63,756 bases of DNA from Asterias rubens (lineage: Eukaryota): the NCBI RefSeq assembly GCF_902459465.1, contig NC_047072.1, positions 2,914,001-2,977,756 on the forward strand, written 5' to 3'. Each line of letters opens with the position of its first letter. Position 1 is the first letter of the stretch. The notes beneath the pieces were generated by a model, which ran no database searches, was not told where the DNA came from, and saw only the letters and a program-made list of their open reading frames with translations. This document shows, one piece after another, positions 61,258-63,756 of the stretch. The position numbers and the translations under genes are program-made.

Positions 61258-61623
61258 AAGACCCTGGTAATCAAAAAGGGCGGGATATTGCTTCAGGTTG
61301 CTTCAGCCACATTGTAAGACCTGTCATGTGATCAAAAAGGGCGGGATATTGCTTCAGGTGCTTCAGCCAAATTGTACGACCCTGTCATGTGATCAAAAAG
61401 GGCGGGGATATTGCTTCAGGTGCTTCAGCCAACATTGTAAGACCCTGTCATGTGATCAAAAAGGGCGGGATATTGCTTCAGGTGCTTCAGCCAACATTGT
61501 AAGACCCTGTCATGTGATCAAAAAGGGCGGGATATTGCTTCAGGTGCTTCAGCCAACAATTGTAAGACCCTGTCATGTGATCAAAAAGGGCGGGATATTG
61601 CTTCAGGGCTTCAGCCGACATTG
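61258..61623. repeat. 62-bp tandem array x6 (right subterminal region of EnSpm), each unit with a GGGCGGG box
   Basis: AAGACCCTGTCATGTGATCAAAAAGGGCGGGATATTGCTTCAGGTGCTTCAGCCAACATTGT unit. Confidence 0.93.
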
Positions 61624-61879
61624 TGATATTGGTATACGCGGGCTCTAGATTTCTGACGGCATGAAGTTTCGTGAAGGAATCATGACCACCAGCCCTGATC
61701 CCCTTGCCCGGCCCGCCCATGCACACACAAATCCTTTTTATACTCCCATGACTCAATACATCAGGTGCTAGTCCTTGCCACCTGATGCAACCATAGTAGG
61801 CTACATCAGGTACTTATATTGGTACCCAAGGTAGCCCTACTTCACTTCTTTATAATCGAGGTAGGCCTATTCATAATAC

Positions 61880-62480
61880 ATCAGTGCTATACCTTGTTAC
61901 CTGAATACTTTATGGTTGTGTTGTTTTATAAGCGAGGTATTCATAGTGAATCAGGTGCTACCAATTGGCACCTGCAATACTTCAATTCTGATGTGTGTGG
62001 TTTTTTTAGGCGTAGTGCATCATGTGCTACCGTCGCCTGAGGTACTTCCCTTTGTGGTATATTTTTATAAGCGTGGTATTCATAGTGCATCAGGTGCTAC
62101 CTTGTTGCCTAAGGTACTTCACCTTGTGGTGTATTTTTATAAGCGCGGTGTTCATAGTACATCATGTGCTACCTTGGCGCCTGAGGCACTTTAATTATTG
62201 GTGTATTTTTACAAGTGCGGTGTTTATAGTGCACGAGGTGCTATCTTGGCGCCTGAGGTACTTCAATTATTTATGTATTTTATATAAGCGCGGTATTCAT
62301 AGTGCATCAGGTGCTACCTTGGCGCCTAAGGTACTTCACTTCTTGTCTATTTGTGTAAGTAGGGTATTCATATAGTACATCAGGTGCTACCTCGTCGCCT
62401 GGGTACTTCACTTTGTAGTGTATTTAATAAGCGCGGTATTCATAGTGCACCAGGTGCTACCTTGGCGCCTGAGGTAGTAC
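61880..62480. repeat. ~60-bp diverged tandem array (right subterminal region of EnSpm)
   Basis: TCATAGTGCATCAGGTGCTACCTTGGCGCCTGAGGTACTTC unit; AGGTGCT is the inverse of the left-end AGCACCT motif. Confidence 0.88.
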
Positions 62481-62847
62481 ACGTTTGGTGTGTTAAATAC
62501 ATGATGTGCTTCAGGTGTGCCAGAAGCTGCTCAGCTGAAGGCCGTTGGCTGAGGTTGAGAGTTTTAAACACGTGAGTTATGAAAATGACACCATACGCTA
62601 ATCCTAAGTACCTCAAGTGCCCTTAAGTATAGTCAAAATCTGTATTACTATCACTTCAGGTACATCACTGCTTCAATCAAGCACATGAGGTGTTGCTCTT
62701 CCGCTATTTCAACATCGCATCAAGCTTCTCAGGTGTCAATATGCAACTACATGCACACTTCATGTGCAGCTTGTACCAATTCCCATGCACCTACAAGTGC
62801 ATGAAGTGCGGCCACTTTTTACAGTGTAGTCTTGAGGGAAACTTACC

Positions 62848-63100
62848 CTTGAAATGGCATTCCTAATGGTCGTGTATCTCCTCTTGGTCATTTGTGAAGA
62901 TTGGTTGATCAGTGTAGATGGGTTTAGTCTTTCTCATTGGAGCTTCTTTAAACAGCCCTCCTGGTCGGATAGAGGTACATGAGCACATAATCCTCAAATG
63001 GTTGGATCCATCGTAGTCGGTTCCCTTCATCTGGATCAGGTTCTTGGGTCAAGTAGCAAACTTTAGTACCAGCTGCTTCACCGACATTCAGCAAATAAAC
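62848..63100 (-). other. Exon-like segment of unidentified gene or pseudogene
   Basis: Acceptor TTTCTTTTGATGCAG and donor AGG|GTAAGT; VYLLNVGEAAGTKVCYLTQEPDPDEGNRLRWIQPFEDYVLMY then stop or frameshift; no family recognised. Confidence 0.3.
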
Positions 63101-63321
63101 TGCATCAAAAGAAACAAATCAGTAATATTTGTTTTGCTGTTGGTTTAAGTCCTGTTTTGTTTTATGGACAGAGTTCCCAGGCCAAGGTAAGACACTGTTT
63201 CAATATAAAGCTGTTTGGGATTAAGATACGAAGCTGCTTCACTGGCACTCAAAACGTTAAACTATAACAAAAGAGACAACTAATTAATATTTCGTCTTTG
63301 CTGTTGGTCTAAGTCCTGGTT

Positions 63322-63671
63322 TATAATAATAATAACTTTCGATTTATATAGCGCCTAATAACTAACACTTAATTCTCTAAGCGCTTTAACATTAGTGCCC
63401 TGGTCATAGGGCCAATAACATCCCTTTTTTAATGTTTCTCAGCTCCCTTGGGAGTATACAACCTGGGCAACAGTTTATATCGCTCCAAAGGCTTTTTCAT
63501 TCACAATATCAACCTCTACCCTCGCAGGTACCCATTTATTCCCCTGGGTGAAGAGAAGCAATTATAGTAAAGTATCTTGCTCAAGGACACAAGTGTCACG
63601 ACCGGGATTCGAACCCACACTCCGGTGAAAACGCACCAAAACTTGAATTCGATGCCACTCGGCCATGACAC
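63322..63671 (-). mobile_element. tRNA-derived SINE with conserved central domain and (TTA)n tail
   Basis: Minus strand GTGTCATGGCCGAGTGG..GGGTTCGAATCCCGGTCGTGACACTTGTGTCCTTGAGCAAGATACTT..CACCCAGG..AAATGGGTACC. Confidence 0.8.
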
Positions 63672-63756
63672 TCCCCATTTTGTTTATGGGCAGAGATCAT
63701 AATCATACGCAGCCAAAGTTTATTCAGAATTTACTGAGCTTGACATAAAATCGAAG

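Larger units (their letters stand above)
50787..62826 (-). mobile_element. EnSpm/CACTA (CMC) DNA transposon, 12 kb, both ends intact
   Basis: TIR CACTGTAAAAA(T/GT)GG..GCAC.TCATGCACTTGT / ..TTTTTACAGTG; TA flanks at 50785-86 and 62827-28; subterminal repeat arrays; transposase motifs. Confidence 0.92.

Overview
AT-rich, intron-containing animal genomic DNA. The repeat families and gene types suggest an echinoderm, probably a sea star (inference). Host genes: the last two exons of a flavin reductase/BLVRB-like gene (+, 1-1242) converge on the last two exons of a somatomedin-B-domain, family-B/Methuselah-type 7TM receptor (-, 8728-11936; first exon not located). The rest is mostly transposons. 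(i) A very young 8.96-kb Gypsy LTR element (29893-38856) with TATA TSD, near-identical LTRs, a UUUAAAC -1 frameshift signal and one nonsense codon in pol. Each LTR holds an intron-like 698-bp module bounded by a 59-bp direct repeat. (ii) The top finding: a 6.2-kb foldback-type DNA element (43982-50194, 8-bp TSD) whose ~2-kb inverted arms are arrays of ~209-bp units and which encloses an open 647-codon ORF with a catalytically intact ubiquitin-specific protease (USP) plus a truncated Ulp1/SENP-like domain. (iii) A 12-kb EnSpm/CACTA element (50787-62826) with transposase and a 7-exon second gene, broken only by +/-1 indels that look like sequencing errors. Also present: Penelope-type fragments with minimal hammerhead ribozymes, TTAA-flanked (Kolobok-like) MITEs, other TIR elements, tRNA-derived SINEs, LINE remnants and several mini/satellites. 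Coordinates were counted by hand and may be off by a few bases for degenerate repeats. Family assignments come from recalled motifs, not database searches.
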